A stretch of DNA of 64,000 nt from an uncultured delta proteobacterium. GTDB lineage: Bacteria > Desulfobacterota > Desulfobacteria > Desulfobacterales > Desulfatirhabdiaceae. The number at the start of each line of letters is the position of its first letter. Position 1 is the first letter of the stretch. The stretch lies in NCBI GenBank assembly GCA_963789395.1, contig CAWBKP010000019.1, positions 32,001-96,000 on the forward strand, read 5' to 3'. Under the pieces are notes generated by a model. The model ran no database searches, was not told the DNA's origin, and saw only the letters and a program-made list of their open reading frames with translations. Positions 41,462-51,526 of this stretch are shown one piece after another. A program made the translations under genes and the position numbers.

Positions 41462-43008
41462 TTATTGGTTTATCGCGGTTGGCGCAGATTTCGATTTGTT
41501 TAAGCTGTTCCAGTCAGGTAGCGGCTTTGATTTTTTTGTCCAGAGATTCAGCCTGGGCTTTGTCCGAATTAATGGACTTGGCTTTGTTAAGAAAGCCCAC
41601 GGCAGCTTCAAGATCCGCGAATTTGCCTTGCTGGCAGCGATGTCGGCTTTAAAGATCAGCAGTGTTTGTCCATGCTGTTCAGGAAGGTCTGCTGCATCGC
41701 GAAGCTCCTGGGTGATGGCATAAGGCTGTGCCAGATTGATGTAATATTTCATGCCTTCAAAATCCGGAATGCCCGGAGCATCCAGAAACGCATCCGCCTT
41801 ATTCAGAAAATAGCTGAAAATAATCGGGTAAACATCCATATGTGAATAAACTTTCTGGGCTTTTTCGGGTGTTTTAACCCCGGCAAGGGATATCAACTGT
41901 TTTTCTCCCTTTGGTGCAAATCTACCCTGCCAGATTTCAATCCCGTTTTTTGCAGGTTTGATGTAAAATTTTTGCGAGTTGCACAGGCTTGTGCCGATAA
42001 GAATCAACACCAGAAGCGCCAGACATCCGGCGGCAATTATAATGGTTTTATCCATGGGGTCGGCGTCTTTTGCGGGCGTGCAGGTTTACCGGTTGTACCG
42101 GTTGATCGTAGGTGATCTTGACTTTTGGAGCTGAAGCCTGCTGGAGCTCGGCAGCCTTCTTCCGTTCCAGGGCTGCGGCGGCTTTTTCAGCGGCGATACG
42201 TTCGGCTTCGGCCTTTTCGGCAGCAGCTTTTTCAGCGGCGATACGTTCGGCTTCGGCCTTTTCGGCAGCGGCTTTTTCAGCGGCGATACGTTCGGCTTCG
42301 GCCTTTTCGGCAGCAGCTTTTTCAGCGGCGATACGTTCGGCTTCGGCCTTTTCGGCAGCAGCTTTTTCAGCGGCGATACGTTCGGCTTCGGCCTTTTCGG
42401 CAGCAGCTTTTTCAGCGGCGATACGTTCGGCTTCGGCCTTTTCGGCAGCGGCTTTTTCAGCGGCGATACGTTCGGCTTCGGCCTTTTCGGCAGCGGCTTT
42501 TTCAGCGGCGATACGTTCGGCTTCGGCCTTTTCGGCAGCAGCTTTTTCAGCGGCGATACGTTCGCTTCGGCCTTTTCAGCAGCGGCTTTTTCAGCGGCGA
42601 AGCGCTCGCCTTCTGCAATGATTGTCTTCATATCAAAGGTATTGAAAAGCAATGCTCTTTTCCGGCTGATTTCCTGATCATCCTTGCCCGATACAAAAGG
42701 CGGGGCATCCGGAATGATGGTTTTGTCCGGAATCGGAACAAACAGGTTGTCCGGTTGCCGGGCATCAAATTTTTTTAAAATCAGATCGCTTAAAAGAACC
42801 GGTTTTTTCTGGGTCCGGATTTCCCGCTTTAACTGCCTTTTTCGTATTTTTGGAACCCTTCAGATTCGACCGTGACCCGCGTCTCTTCGGTTTTCAGATC
42901 AGAATTCTGCCCTGATGCTGCCGGATCGGCTTTGACTTTCTTTGCCGTTTCTTTCTTTTTTGAAACCGTTTTTTTCTTTGAAGCTTTGGTAGTACTGGTT
43001 TTTCCCAT
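41462..43008 (-). CDS. Hypothetical membrane protein with Lys-rich N-terminus and TolA-like ([15 protein letters not shown])n repeat; several frameshifts
   Basis: ATG at 43008 after AGGGG ([13 protein letters not shown]); the frame-corrected repeat runs toward the TM segment [18 protein letters not shown] of the 41462-42055 ORF. Confidence 0.65.
42181..42600. repeat. Coding tandem repeat, 45-bp unit x9 plus a partial unit
   Basis: GCTTTTTCAGCGGCGATACGTTCGGCTTCGGCCTTTTCGGCAGC(A/G) head-to-tail without spacers; ninth copy has a 1-bp deletion near 42564. Confidence 0.95.
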
Positions 43009-43149
43009 AGCAACCCCTTTGAAATGACGGATAACTTTTTATATCAGAATGATATCAACCTATTTTTTATATCGGAAGAAGCCGGATTTGTAAATAGCAT
43101 TTTTCATTGCAAGTCAGATTGAAGGGTGAAGATGCTGGATTCATTGGAT

Positions 43150-44324
43150 TCAGGAATAGAGATGGTGGTTCCGGCTGTCATGGACAAAACGGTTCAGTTC
43201 GGGTTTCCAGGACTCGGCAATATCATCCAGAGAATCCATGCGCTCCATGCGCTTTCTGATTTCCGAGTTTCCAATGATCAGGTCAATCGGCAGCCTTTCA
43301 AATTCATATTCATAAGGGGGATTTTTCCATGAAAAATCATTCGCATGATGGCGCATGACTGCCTGAAGCAATTTGAGCGAGGTCATGTACGGCAGGTAAC
43401 TGTCCGGATCCGTGACATGAATCTGAAACCCTCTGCAGAGGTTTCCCTGCCACTTGCCGGAGGTGGGTTCAAATGCGGCCTCTCTTAACACGATTCCCTG
43501 CAGGTCTTTATCCGTGAGGCACGATAAAATCCGTTCCGGTTCCAAAAAAGGCGCGCCAAACAATTCAAAGGGCTGGGTGGTTCCCCTGCCTTCGGACACA
43601 TTGGTTCCTTCCCAGATGACCTGGCCGGGATACACACCGGCGGATGCCGGCGTCGGCAGATTCGGGGATGGCGCAACCCACGGCAGGCCGGTATCCGCAT
43701 ACCCCATCGCCCGTTTCCAGCCTGTCATCGGAATGACTTCGAGATGGCAGCCGATGCCATAATTGCGATTAAAGAGTCCGGCCATTTCCCCGATGGTCAG
43801 TCCATGACGCATCGGAATCGGATAACGTCCCACAAAAGAGCTGCAATCCATGGACAGGCAGTTGCCCTCAACGGTCTGACCATTTACGGGATTGGGCCGG
43901 TCCAGGATCAGAACGGATTTCCCATGGTCCCTGGCGGCTTCCATGCAATAGGACAGCGTGTAGATAAAGGTGTAGACGCGTGTGCCGGCATCCTGCAGAT
44001 CAACAATCAGGACATCAATGTTCTCAAGCATGTCTTTGGTGGGGATGCGGGTTTTTCCGTACAGGCTATACAGGGGATTTGAAGCAGCGGATCCCTGCCG
44101 TTTTCGGATTCGATCATATTGTCCTGCTTTTCGGCATAAAATCCATGCTGCGGTGAAAACAAGGCTGTCAGTTGCCCGGGAAACGTCTGATGGATGAGTG
44201 TTCGTGCGTGGCGAAACCGGCGGTCAACCGATGCGGGGTTGCACAGCAGTCCGATTCTTTTGCCGAATAGCCATTCCGGCGGCGCTGCGATTAAGCATTC
44301 AAGTCCGGTTTTGACTATTTCCAC
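43150..44324 (-). CDS. namZ: Exo-beta-N-acetylmuramidase NamZ family (DUF1343); frameshifts near 44040-44075
   Basis: LFSPQHG, DLQDAGTRVYTFIYT, LDRPNP, RHGLTIGE, PSPNLP, SEGRGTTQPFE. Confidence 0.88.
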
Positions 44325-44493
44325 TGGATATCCTTCCGCTTGTTCGATTTGATGTCATTATCCGCACTGGTTTCCCAGTACCTGATTCCGATGTCAGATT
44401 CAGTGAAAACTTGCCAGAAATATTGACTTAGTGCACCGCCTGATGCCTTTCGGAATTTGACTTTTTATGATGTTGTCATATATCATATGATGC

Positions 44494-45400
44494 ATGGAAA
44501 GCGGAATCATCTTTGATATAAAAAAATTTTCCATTCACGATGGTCCGGGAATCCGGACAACTGTTTTTCTGAAAGGCTGTCCCTTGTCCTGCTGGTGGTG
44601 CCATAATCCCGAGAGCCAGCGGATTTCCAGGGAAAAACTCTATGCCGTCAGCCGGTGTATCGGCTGCAAGGAATGCCTGGCCGCGTGTCCGGAAAATGCC
44701 ATCCGTGAAATGGAAACCGGGCTTTTCACGGACCCGGAAAAATGTTTGCGGTGCGGAAGCTGCACGGATGTCTGTCTGGCGGAGGCCTGCGAAATGGCCG
44801 GGCGGGAACTGACCGTCAACCAGGTGATGGCAGAGATCGAAAAGGACACGGCTTTTTATGATGAGTCCTTTGGAGGGGTAACCTTTTCCGGAGGAGAGCC
44901 GCTGGCGCAGCCGGATTTTCTTTTTGCGTTGCTGAAAGCCTGCAGGGACCGCCGGATTCATACGGCGCTGGATACCAGCGGTTTTTCGACATGGGAAGTT
45001 CTGGACCGCATCCGGCACCACGTGGATGTATTTCTTTTTGACCTGAAGTTGATGGATGATGAAAAACATCGGAAGTGTTACCGGCGTATCCAACCGGACG
45101 ATTCTGGAGAATCTCATGGCGCTGTCCTCCGATGGCCACCGGATTCGCATCCGGTTTCCGGTCATTCCCGGAATAACGGATGATGAAGACAATGTTTCGG
45201 CCATCGGTGTTTTTGCCGCCGAGTTGCCGTCCATACCGCCAATCGATTTGCTGCCGTATCATCATTCTGCTGCCGCCAAATATGACCGGCTGGGAAAACC
45301 CTACCGGCTCCCGGATACACGGCCGCCGTCGGCGGATTCCATGGCCCGCATTGCGGATCTGCTGCGAGGGTTTGGCCTGACTGTAAATGTGGAAGGTTGA
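44494..45400 (+). CDS. Glycyl-radical enzyme activating protein (radical SAM with ferredoxin insert); frameshift near 45078
   Basis: HDGPGIRTTVFLKGCPLSCWWCHNPE, two CxxCxxCxxxC motifs, GGVTFSGGEP, LLPYH. Confidence 0.93.
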
Positions 45401-45406
45401 TGAATT

Positions 45407-47777
45407 ATGACGATTTCTGAAAGAGTTTTACGGCTCCGGGAACAGAGCCTGAACACCAAGCCTGTTCTTTCACCGGAACGGGCGGAGCTGATGACCGAAT
45501 ATTGCCGCAGGGATTCCGTCGCCCGTATCCGCGCCTGTCCGGCGGGCGCTTGCATTTCAATATCTTATGGAGCATAAGGCCGTCTGCATCAACGGATGGC
45601 GAGCTGATCGTCGGCGAAAAAGGCCCGTTTCCCAAAGCCACGCCCACCTATCCGGAACTCTGCTGCCACAGCTTGAGCGATCTGGAAATTCTGGATTCCA
45701 GAGAAAAAATCCCTTTTTCGGTCAGTCCGGAAGCAAAGGCCGTCTACCGGGACAGCATCATTCCCTTCTGGCAGGGTAAATCCCTGCGGGATATGATTTT
45801 CAGCGAAATGACGGATGCATGGAAAGCGGCATATGAAGCCGGCGTGTTTACCGAATTCATGGAGCAGCGGGCTCCGGGCCACACGGTTCTGGATGACAAA
45901 ATTTATAAAAAAGGATTTCTGGAATTCAGGCAGGAGATTGCGTCCGCTTTAAGCAGACTCGATTATCTCAACGACCCCAAAGCCTATGCCCGTCAGGAAG
46001 AGCTCAAAGCCATGGAAATCTGTGCGGATGCCCTGATCCGGTTCAGCCATCGGCATGCGGAAAAAGCCATTGAGCTCTGGCGGAGCTGGAAACCCGGCCG
46101 GAGCGAAAGGCCGAGCTGGAACGGATTGCATCGATCTGTTTCCATGTTCCCGCAAACCCCCCACGGGATTTTCACGAAGCGCTGCAGTATTACTGGTTCG
46201 TTCATCTGGGGGTCACCATCGAGCTCAACACCTGGGATGCCTTTGATCCGGGGCGACTGGACCAGCATCTGAATCCATTTTATCAAAAAGGCATCGAGAA
46301 CGGCACCTTGACCCGAGAAACCGCCGAGGAACTGCTCCAGTGCTTCTGGATCAAGTTCAACAACCAGCCGGCACCTCCCAAGGTAGGCGTTACGGCGGCT
46401 GAAAGCGGCACATACACGGATTTTGCCCAGATCAACGTCGGCGGGATGAAGCCGGATGGATCCGACGGGGTCAATGACGTATCGTATCTGCTCCTGGACG
46501 TCATCGAGGACATGCGCCTCTTGCAGCCCAGTTCATCCATCCAGGTCAGCAAAAAAAATCCGGACAGGTTCATCAAGCGGGCTGCCAGAATCATTCGAAC
46601 CGGCTTTGGTCAGCCATCCGTATTCAATGCGGATCTGATTGTCCAGGAGCTGGTCCGCCAGGGAAAATCGCTGGATGACGCCCGCCGGGGCGGATCCAGC
46701 GGATGCGTTGAGGTCGGGGCTTTTGGAAAGGAAAGCTATACCCTTACCGGGTACTTCAACATGCCTAAAGTACTCGAGATCACCCTGCACAACGGAAAAG
46801 ACCCCCGAACCGGAAAGACAATCGGGATTGAAACCGGCAATCCCGAGCAGTTCGCCCGGTTCGATGACCTGTTTAACGCCTTTGTCCGGCAGATGAATCA
46901 TTTTGTCGATATCAAGGTCAGGGGCAACAATGTCATCGAGCGCCTCTACGCCGCATTTATGCCGGCGCCGTTTCTGTCCCTGCTGATCGATGACTGCATT
47001 GCAACCGGAACGGATTACCATGACGGCGGCGCCCGCTATAACACCACCTATATTCAGGGTGTGGGTCTGGGCTCCCTGACCGATATGATGTCGGCCCTCC
47101 GCTGCCATGTGTTTGAACAAAAAACCCTTTCCATGACGGCGCTTCTGAATGCTCTGGCCGATGATTTTTCAGGCCATGAGAGAATCCGGCTGATGCTGAT
47201 GAACAGAACCCCCCGGTACGGAAATGACGACGATGATGCCGATGAGATCATGAAATCAATTTTCGAGGCGTATTTTGCGGCTGTCGACGGGCGCAAAAAC
47301 ACCAAAAACGGCACCTATCACATCAATCTGCTGCCCACAACCTGCCATGTCTATTTTGGGTCCGTGACCGGCGCAACCCCCGATGGGCGGCGTGCCTGGG
47401 AGCCGCTTTCCGAAGGGATTTCACCGGTGCAGGGCGCGGATCGCAAGGGGCCGACCGCTGTCCTGAAATCCGCAGCCAAGATGGATCATGTCCGAACCGG
47501 CGGAACGCTTCTCAACCAGAAATTCACGCCCCAGCTGTTAAAGACCGATGCGGATCTGGACCGGCTGGTTCAGCTGGTGCGCACCTATTTCAAGCTGGAC
47601 GGGCATCACATTCAGTTCAATGTGGCGGATGCGGCCACCCTGCGTGCGGCCCAGCAGCATCCGGAAAAATACCGGGATCTGATTGTTCGCGTTGCCGGCT
47701 ACAGCGATTATTTCTGCGATCTTGGCCAGGCGCTCCAGGAAGAGATCATCGCCCGAACCGAGCACAGCGCCTTCTGA
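45407..47777 (+). CDS. hypD: Glycyl radical enzyme, trans-4-hydroxy-L-proline dehydratase (HypD/PflD) type; frameshifts near 45520-45580 and 46075
   Basis: FTEFMEQRAPGH, ELNTWDAF, NNQPAPPKVG..ESGTYTDF, SGCVE, LTGYFN, LLPTTCH, RVAGY. Confidence 0.85.
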
Positions 47778-47823
47778 CAGACAAAAGCGGATGAACTTGT
47801 AAAAAGGCATCGTACGTCACGAT

Positions 47824-48609
47824 ATGAATGTCAAAAAGTCCTATGAGATTCTTCGGCTTAAACCGGATGCGTCGCTGTCGGATCTGAAGCTGGCGTACAG
47901 GGATATGGTGAATGTATGGCATCCGGACCGGTTTTTGCAGAATCCCAGGCTGAAAGAAAAGGCGGAGCAGCACCTTCGGGAAATCAATCAGGCTTATGAG
48001 ATTGCGCTGGGCTTTTTGTCTTCGGCTGGGAAAGAAATGCCGAAAGACGAACCCGGCGGTGCCGGAAAACACACCCAAAGCAGGCCGAATGCCGGATCCG
48101 TCCGCAAGCCCTCAAGTCCTGCTTCTTTCATGCCGGTCTGGCTGGCTCGTTTTCTGGCCAGGGGTTTTGATGGTATTATTTTTGCGTTAATGCTCGGATA
48201 TATTGGGGTTTTTCGGCTGTTTCCCAACCCGGTTGCCGGGTGGTTGATATGCATGATTGCCGGCACGCTGCTTTGGGCCTTTGTTGAGGCCAATCTTCTC
48301 AGCAGCCTCGGAGCCACTCCAGGTAAATGGCTGTTCGGTATTCGTGTGATGACCCTTACGGGAAACAGACCGGTCTTGCTGGAAGCTTTCAAAAGAAGCA
48401 TCGGCGTCTGGTGGTATGGGCTGGGAGCCGGCTTTGTTCCGGTGATGCCGGTGATGATGGCTTTTAACTGCCTCCGGTTGATGACGCATCATCCCACGCG
48501 ATGGGATCGGACAGGCCCCTTTATCGTGATCCTCGATCCTCGGGGAAAACTCAAAACGTTCATTGTGGTGGCGATTGTTGCGCTGAGTGGCTGGCTGCTT
48601 ATCCGCTGA
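47824..48609 (+). CDS. J-domain (DnaJ) + RDD-family membrane protein
   Basis: WHPDRF..EINQAY J-domain; RFLARGFD, GATPGKWLFGIRV and terminal WD of the RDD family. Confidence 0.82.
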   Translation: MNVKKSYEILRLKPDASLSDLKLAYRDMVNVWHPDRFLQNPRLKEKAEQHLREINQAYEIALGFLSSAGKEMPKDEPGGAGKHTQSRPNAGSVRKPSSPASFMPVWLARFLARGFDGIIFALMLGYIGVFRLFPNPVAGWLICMIAGTLLWAFVEANLLSSLGATPGKWLFGIRVMTLTGNRPVLLEAFKRSIGVWWYGLGAGFVPVMPVMMAFNCLRLMTHHPTRWDRTGPFIVILDPRGKLKTFIVVAIVALSGWLLIR

Positions 48610-48641
48610 TTCATTGAATAATTGACTGGAATCGATTTGCT

Positions 48642-50153
48642 ATGGAAACCATTTTAACGCTGGATATCAAAACGAGTATCACCAAATCCGTTCTGGAAGT
48701 TTTTGACACGATGCTGTCCTTTCAACTGGAACCGGTACAGGACAAGGAAGATGCGGATTTAAAAGAAATGCGCATCGTGGGTTCGGTAAACTTTGCCGGC
48801 CAGGTGTCCGGAATCATCCACATCCATGTGAAAAAAGACTTTGCATTGATCATGACATCCGCCATGCTGGGAATGGCCCCTGATGAGATTGAGGGCGAAA
48901 ATGAAATCAAGGATGTGATCTGTGAACTCAGTAATATTATCGGCGGAAACCTCAAGTCGTTTTTTAATGATTCGGGGTTTTACTGTGCGCTTTCGACGCC
49001 GTCCATTACCCTGGGCGATGATTTCACCATAAAATCCCTGAATGCCGAAAGATATGAGAGCCTGAGTTTCAGCTATCAGCAGCATACGGTCCGGATCGAG
49101 GTCGGGGTCAAGTTGCAGGGCGGGTATCAGGCGGAAGATGCGGGGCAATCCGGGCTTCCAGCCGCGGCTCGCGTCGATGCTTCCAGAGTCCAAAAAATGG
49201 ATATTTTCACCAAAGTTCCGGATTCGGTTATCAATGTTTTCAGCACCATGCTTTCCATGGATGTTCAGGTGAGCCACACGGTCGCGCAATCGGCCCTGGA
49301 GGGGATGCGAACAGTCGGAGCCGTCAGCTTTGCAGGGGATGCGATGGGGCTGATCAACATCCATGTGACATCCCGGTTTTCCAGGCAGATGGCGGCTGTA
49401 ATGCTGGATATGGACATCAACGATGTTGATGCCGAGACAGATGTGAACGATGTGATCGGAGAGCTCAGCAATATTGTCGGCGGCAATTTGAAATCCATCT
49501 TCTCCGATGTCGGGTTGCGCTGCGAACTCTCCCCGCCGTCCATTACCAGCGGCAGCGGTTTTAAAATCGAGTCCATGAACATGGAGCGGTATGAACGGTT
49601 TGCCTTCGGCTACCAGGATCATGTCTTTTTTGTGGAATTCGGGCTCAAGCTGGCTGAAGGGCTGAATATTCCGCTGGGGGATGTCAAGGAAATCAACTAT
49701 CAGGCTGCTGGGGAAAGCCAGCAGTCTCCAGCGGCATGGACGGAGCTTTCCGACAATTCAGCTTCACCCGATACCGAGCCAGTAGAAATTGAAGCCCCGG
49801 TTTCCCGGCAGGCCGAACGGCCTGAAGAATTGCCGGCTGTTTATCAGCAAAAGAACTGGGTGGATGAACCCGAGTCTTTGCCGCCGCCAATTGACGTGAA
49901 CCTGAGTTTTCTGATGGATATTCCGCTTGATGTTTCCATCGAGCTTGGCAGGGCCCGAATGAAAATCAGTGAACTGTTGAAAATCAAGGAGCAGACTGTG
50001 GTCGGACTCAACAGCCTGGCGGATGAGCCTGTGGAGATACTGGTCAACAACAAACTCATTGCAAAGGGCGAGGTCGTTGTTGAAGGCGGGAAATACGGCA
50101 TTCGGGTTATCGAGGTATTAAGCCGGGAGGAACGCATCAAAAGCCTCAGATAA
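48642..50153 (+). CDS. fliN: Flagellar switch protein with two CheX-like domains and a C-terminal FliN (SpoA) domain
   Basis: DVICELSNIIGG and DVIGELSNIVGG ExxN motifs; C-terminal DIPLDVSIELG..VNNKLIAKGEVVV..YGIRV. Confidence 0.85.
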   Translation: METILTLDIKTSITKSVLEVFDTMLSFQLEPVQDKEDADLKEMRIVGSVNFAGQVSGIIHIHVKKDFALIMTSAMLGMAPDEIEGENEIKDVICELSNIIGGNLKSFFNDSGFYCALSTPSITLGDDFTIKSLNAERYESLSFSYQQHTVRIEVGVKLQGGYQAEDAGQSGLPAAARVDASRVQKMDIFTKVPDSVINVFSTMLSMDVQVSHTVAQSALEGMRTVGAVSFAGDAMGLINIHVTSRFSRQMAAVMLDMDINDVDAETDVNDVIGELSNIVGGNLKSIFSDVGLRCELSPPSITSGSGFKIESMNMERYERFAFGYQDHVFFVEFGLKLAEGLNIPLGDVKEINYQAAGESQQSPAAWTELSDNSASPDTEPVEIEAPVSRQAERPEELPAVYQQKNWVDEPESLPPPIDVNLSFLMDIPLDVSIELGRARMKISELLKIKEQTVVGLNSLADEPVEILVNNKLIAKGEVVVEGGKYGIRVIEVLSREERIKSLR

Positions 50154-50186
50154 ACGGATTGCCTCTTGATATGAAAAGCACAGCCA

Positions 50187-50299
50187 CCGTCATTCCGGGC
50201 TTGACCCGGAATCCAGCGCCAATGGCCGAAACACTTCCGATATGCGTTTCAGGGTTCGCCTTAATGGCTTCTGGATTCCGGCGTTCGCCGGAATGACGG
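50187..50299. repeat. REP/RPE-like palindromic intergenic element
   Basis: CCGTCATTCCGG-N-CCGGAATCCAG ... CTGGATTCCGG-N-CCGGAATGACGG: two internal hairpins arranged as an inverted pair. Confidence 0.75.
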
Positions 50300-50326
50300 G
50301 TTGCTTTTATATTCAAGGTAAAAATA

Positions 50327-50342
50327 TGGCATCATAATTGCT
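50327..50342 (+). promoter_or_regulatory. Sigma54 promoter of csrA-fliW
   Basis: TGGCATCATAATTGCT (GG-N10-GC). Confidence 0.75.
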
Positions 50343-50384
50343 TTAAATTTATCAATCTTCAACGGGCGCCACGGAGGGATCCCA

Positions 50385-50597
50385 ATGCTTGTCATTACGC
50401 GTAAGCTGGAAGAAAAAATCACCATCGGCAATGATATTACCGTCAGCGTTCTGGGGATCAAGGGAAACCATGTCAAGCTGGGAATCGACGCTCCCCGCCA
50501 CATGCCCATATACCGGACCGAGGTATATAAAAGCATCGTTGAGGAAAATCTTCGGGCTGCAGCCGCACCGCAGGACTTAACGCTGCTGTCGGGATGA
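50385..50597 (+). CDS. csrA: Carbon storage regulator CsrA
   Basis: MLVITRK..ITIG..VKLGIDAP..IYRTEVY with the C-terminal extension typical of FliW-associated CsrA. Confidence 0.95.
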   Translation: MLVITRKLEEKITIGNDITVSVLGIKGNHVKLGIDAPRHMPIYRTEVYKSIVEENLRAAAAPQDLTLLSG

Positions 50598-50658
50598 CGA
50601 AACAAAGGCCGGACGTCGAGGCGATCAGCGCCTTTCACCATAAAATCATGGAGTAGAT

Positions 50659-51093
50659 ATGCTAACCGTATCCACAACCCGTTTTGGGGATATCTTGATC
50701 GAAGAAGACCGGGTAATCCATTTCCCGGAAGGGCTGCTCGGGTTTCCGGACCAGAAAGCGTTTATCATCCAGCAGCATAAGCCGGAGTCTTCATTTTACT
50801 GGCTTCAGTCTATTGATCTTCCCTATCTGGCATTTGTCATCATCAACCCGTTTCTGGGAGAAAAAGACTACCTCAAGGACCTTCCGCCTGCCGACATGGG
50901 ATATTTTACAGGCATTGAGGATGGGCGCACCCTGGCCCTGGCCCTGGTAACCATCAAACCCGAGTCGGTCCCGCCGCTGACCATGAATCTGGTCGGCCCC
51001 GTAATTATCGATCTGGAAAACCGGACAGGCAGGCAGGTTGTTCTTTCAACGACCCGATACAGCTGCAGGCATCCGCTGGTTCTCCCTCAATAA
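50659..51093 (+). CDS. fliW: Flagellar assembly factor FliW
   Basis: TTRFG, IHFPEGLLGF, WLQS, LAFVIINPF, TMNLVGPVII, GRQVVL. Confidence 0.93.
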   Translation: MLTVSTTRFGDILIEEDRVIHFPEGLLGFPDQKAFIIQQHKPESSFYWLQSIDLPYLAFVIINPFLGEKDYLKDLPPADMGYFTGIEDGRTLALALVTIKPESVPPLTMNLVGPVIIDLENRTGRQVVLSTTRYSCRHPLVLPQ

Positions 51094-51428
51094 TGAGCTA
51101 ATACCCCCAAAGCCGTTCGCAGTCAGGAAATCGACTTGATCAAGAAAAAGGGGTCGATTCTTCATACATGGCCCGCGCTCCTTATATTTATCCCGCCGGA
51201 TTTCTTGTTTTCCGGTTTTGAATACTATATTTTGTTAAAAGTATCTTTCCCCATAAACTGCTTCTCGATTCTCATTCCTTTAACTGTTGAAACGCACATC
51301 CATCCAAATGCCATGGAAGTCGATTTCTCATCTACATTGTCTTTGAGATGATGTCAAGAAATTGACAATTCATTTCTGTATTATCGACTTTTATCTATAA
51401 CATATCGATATATAATAGAAATTATGAT

Positions 51429-51444
51429 AGGCATGGTCTTTGCT
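51429..51444 (+). promoter_or_regulatory. Sigma54 promoter of the TPR-glycosyltransferase gene
   Basis: AGGCATGGTCTTTGCT (GG-N10-GC) after an AT-rich tract. Confidence 0.6.
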
Positions 51445-51526
51445 TATAGTGTTGCTGGAGTCATATGTTCTGAACCTACAGGTTCAATGTGCCTGCAGTA
51501 GGAAAGAAGATAAGGGGAAAATATAT

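Noticed and set aside
42181..42600. Possible CRISPR array
   Set aside because: Units are contiguous with no unique spacers, the length is a multiple of 3, variation is synonymous and no cas genes are present: a coding tandem repeat
42086..42778. ORF-track proteins with [25 protein letters not shown] or [11 protein letters not shown] repeats
   Set aside because: Alternative frames or the antisense of the [15 protein letters not shown] repeat
51100..51430. ORF 51136-51351 or an ncRNA in the AT-rich gap
   Set aside because: No RBS or recognisable family; more simply the upstream activator region of the sigma54 promoter at 51429
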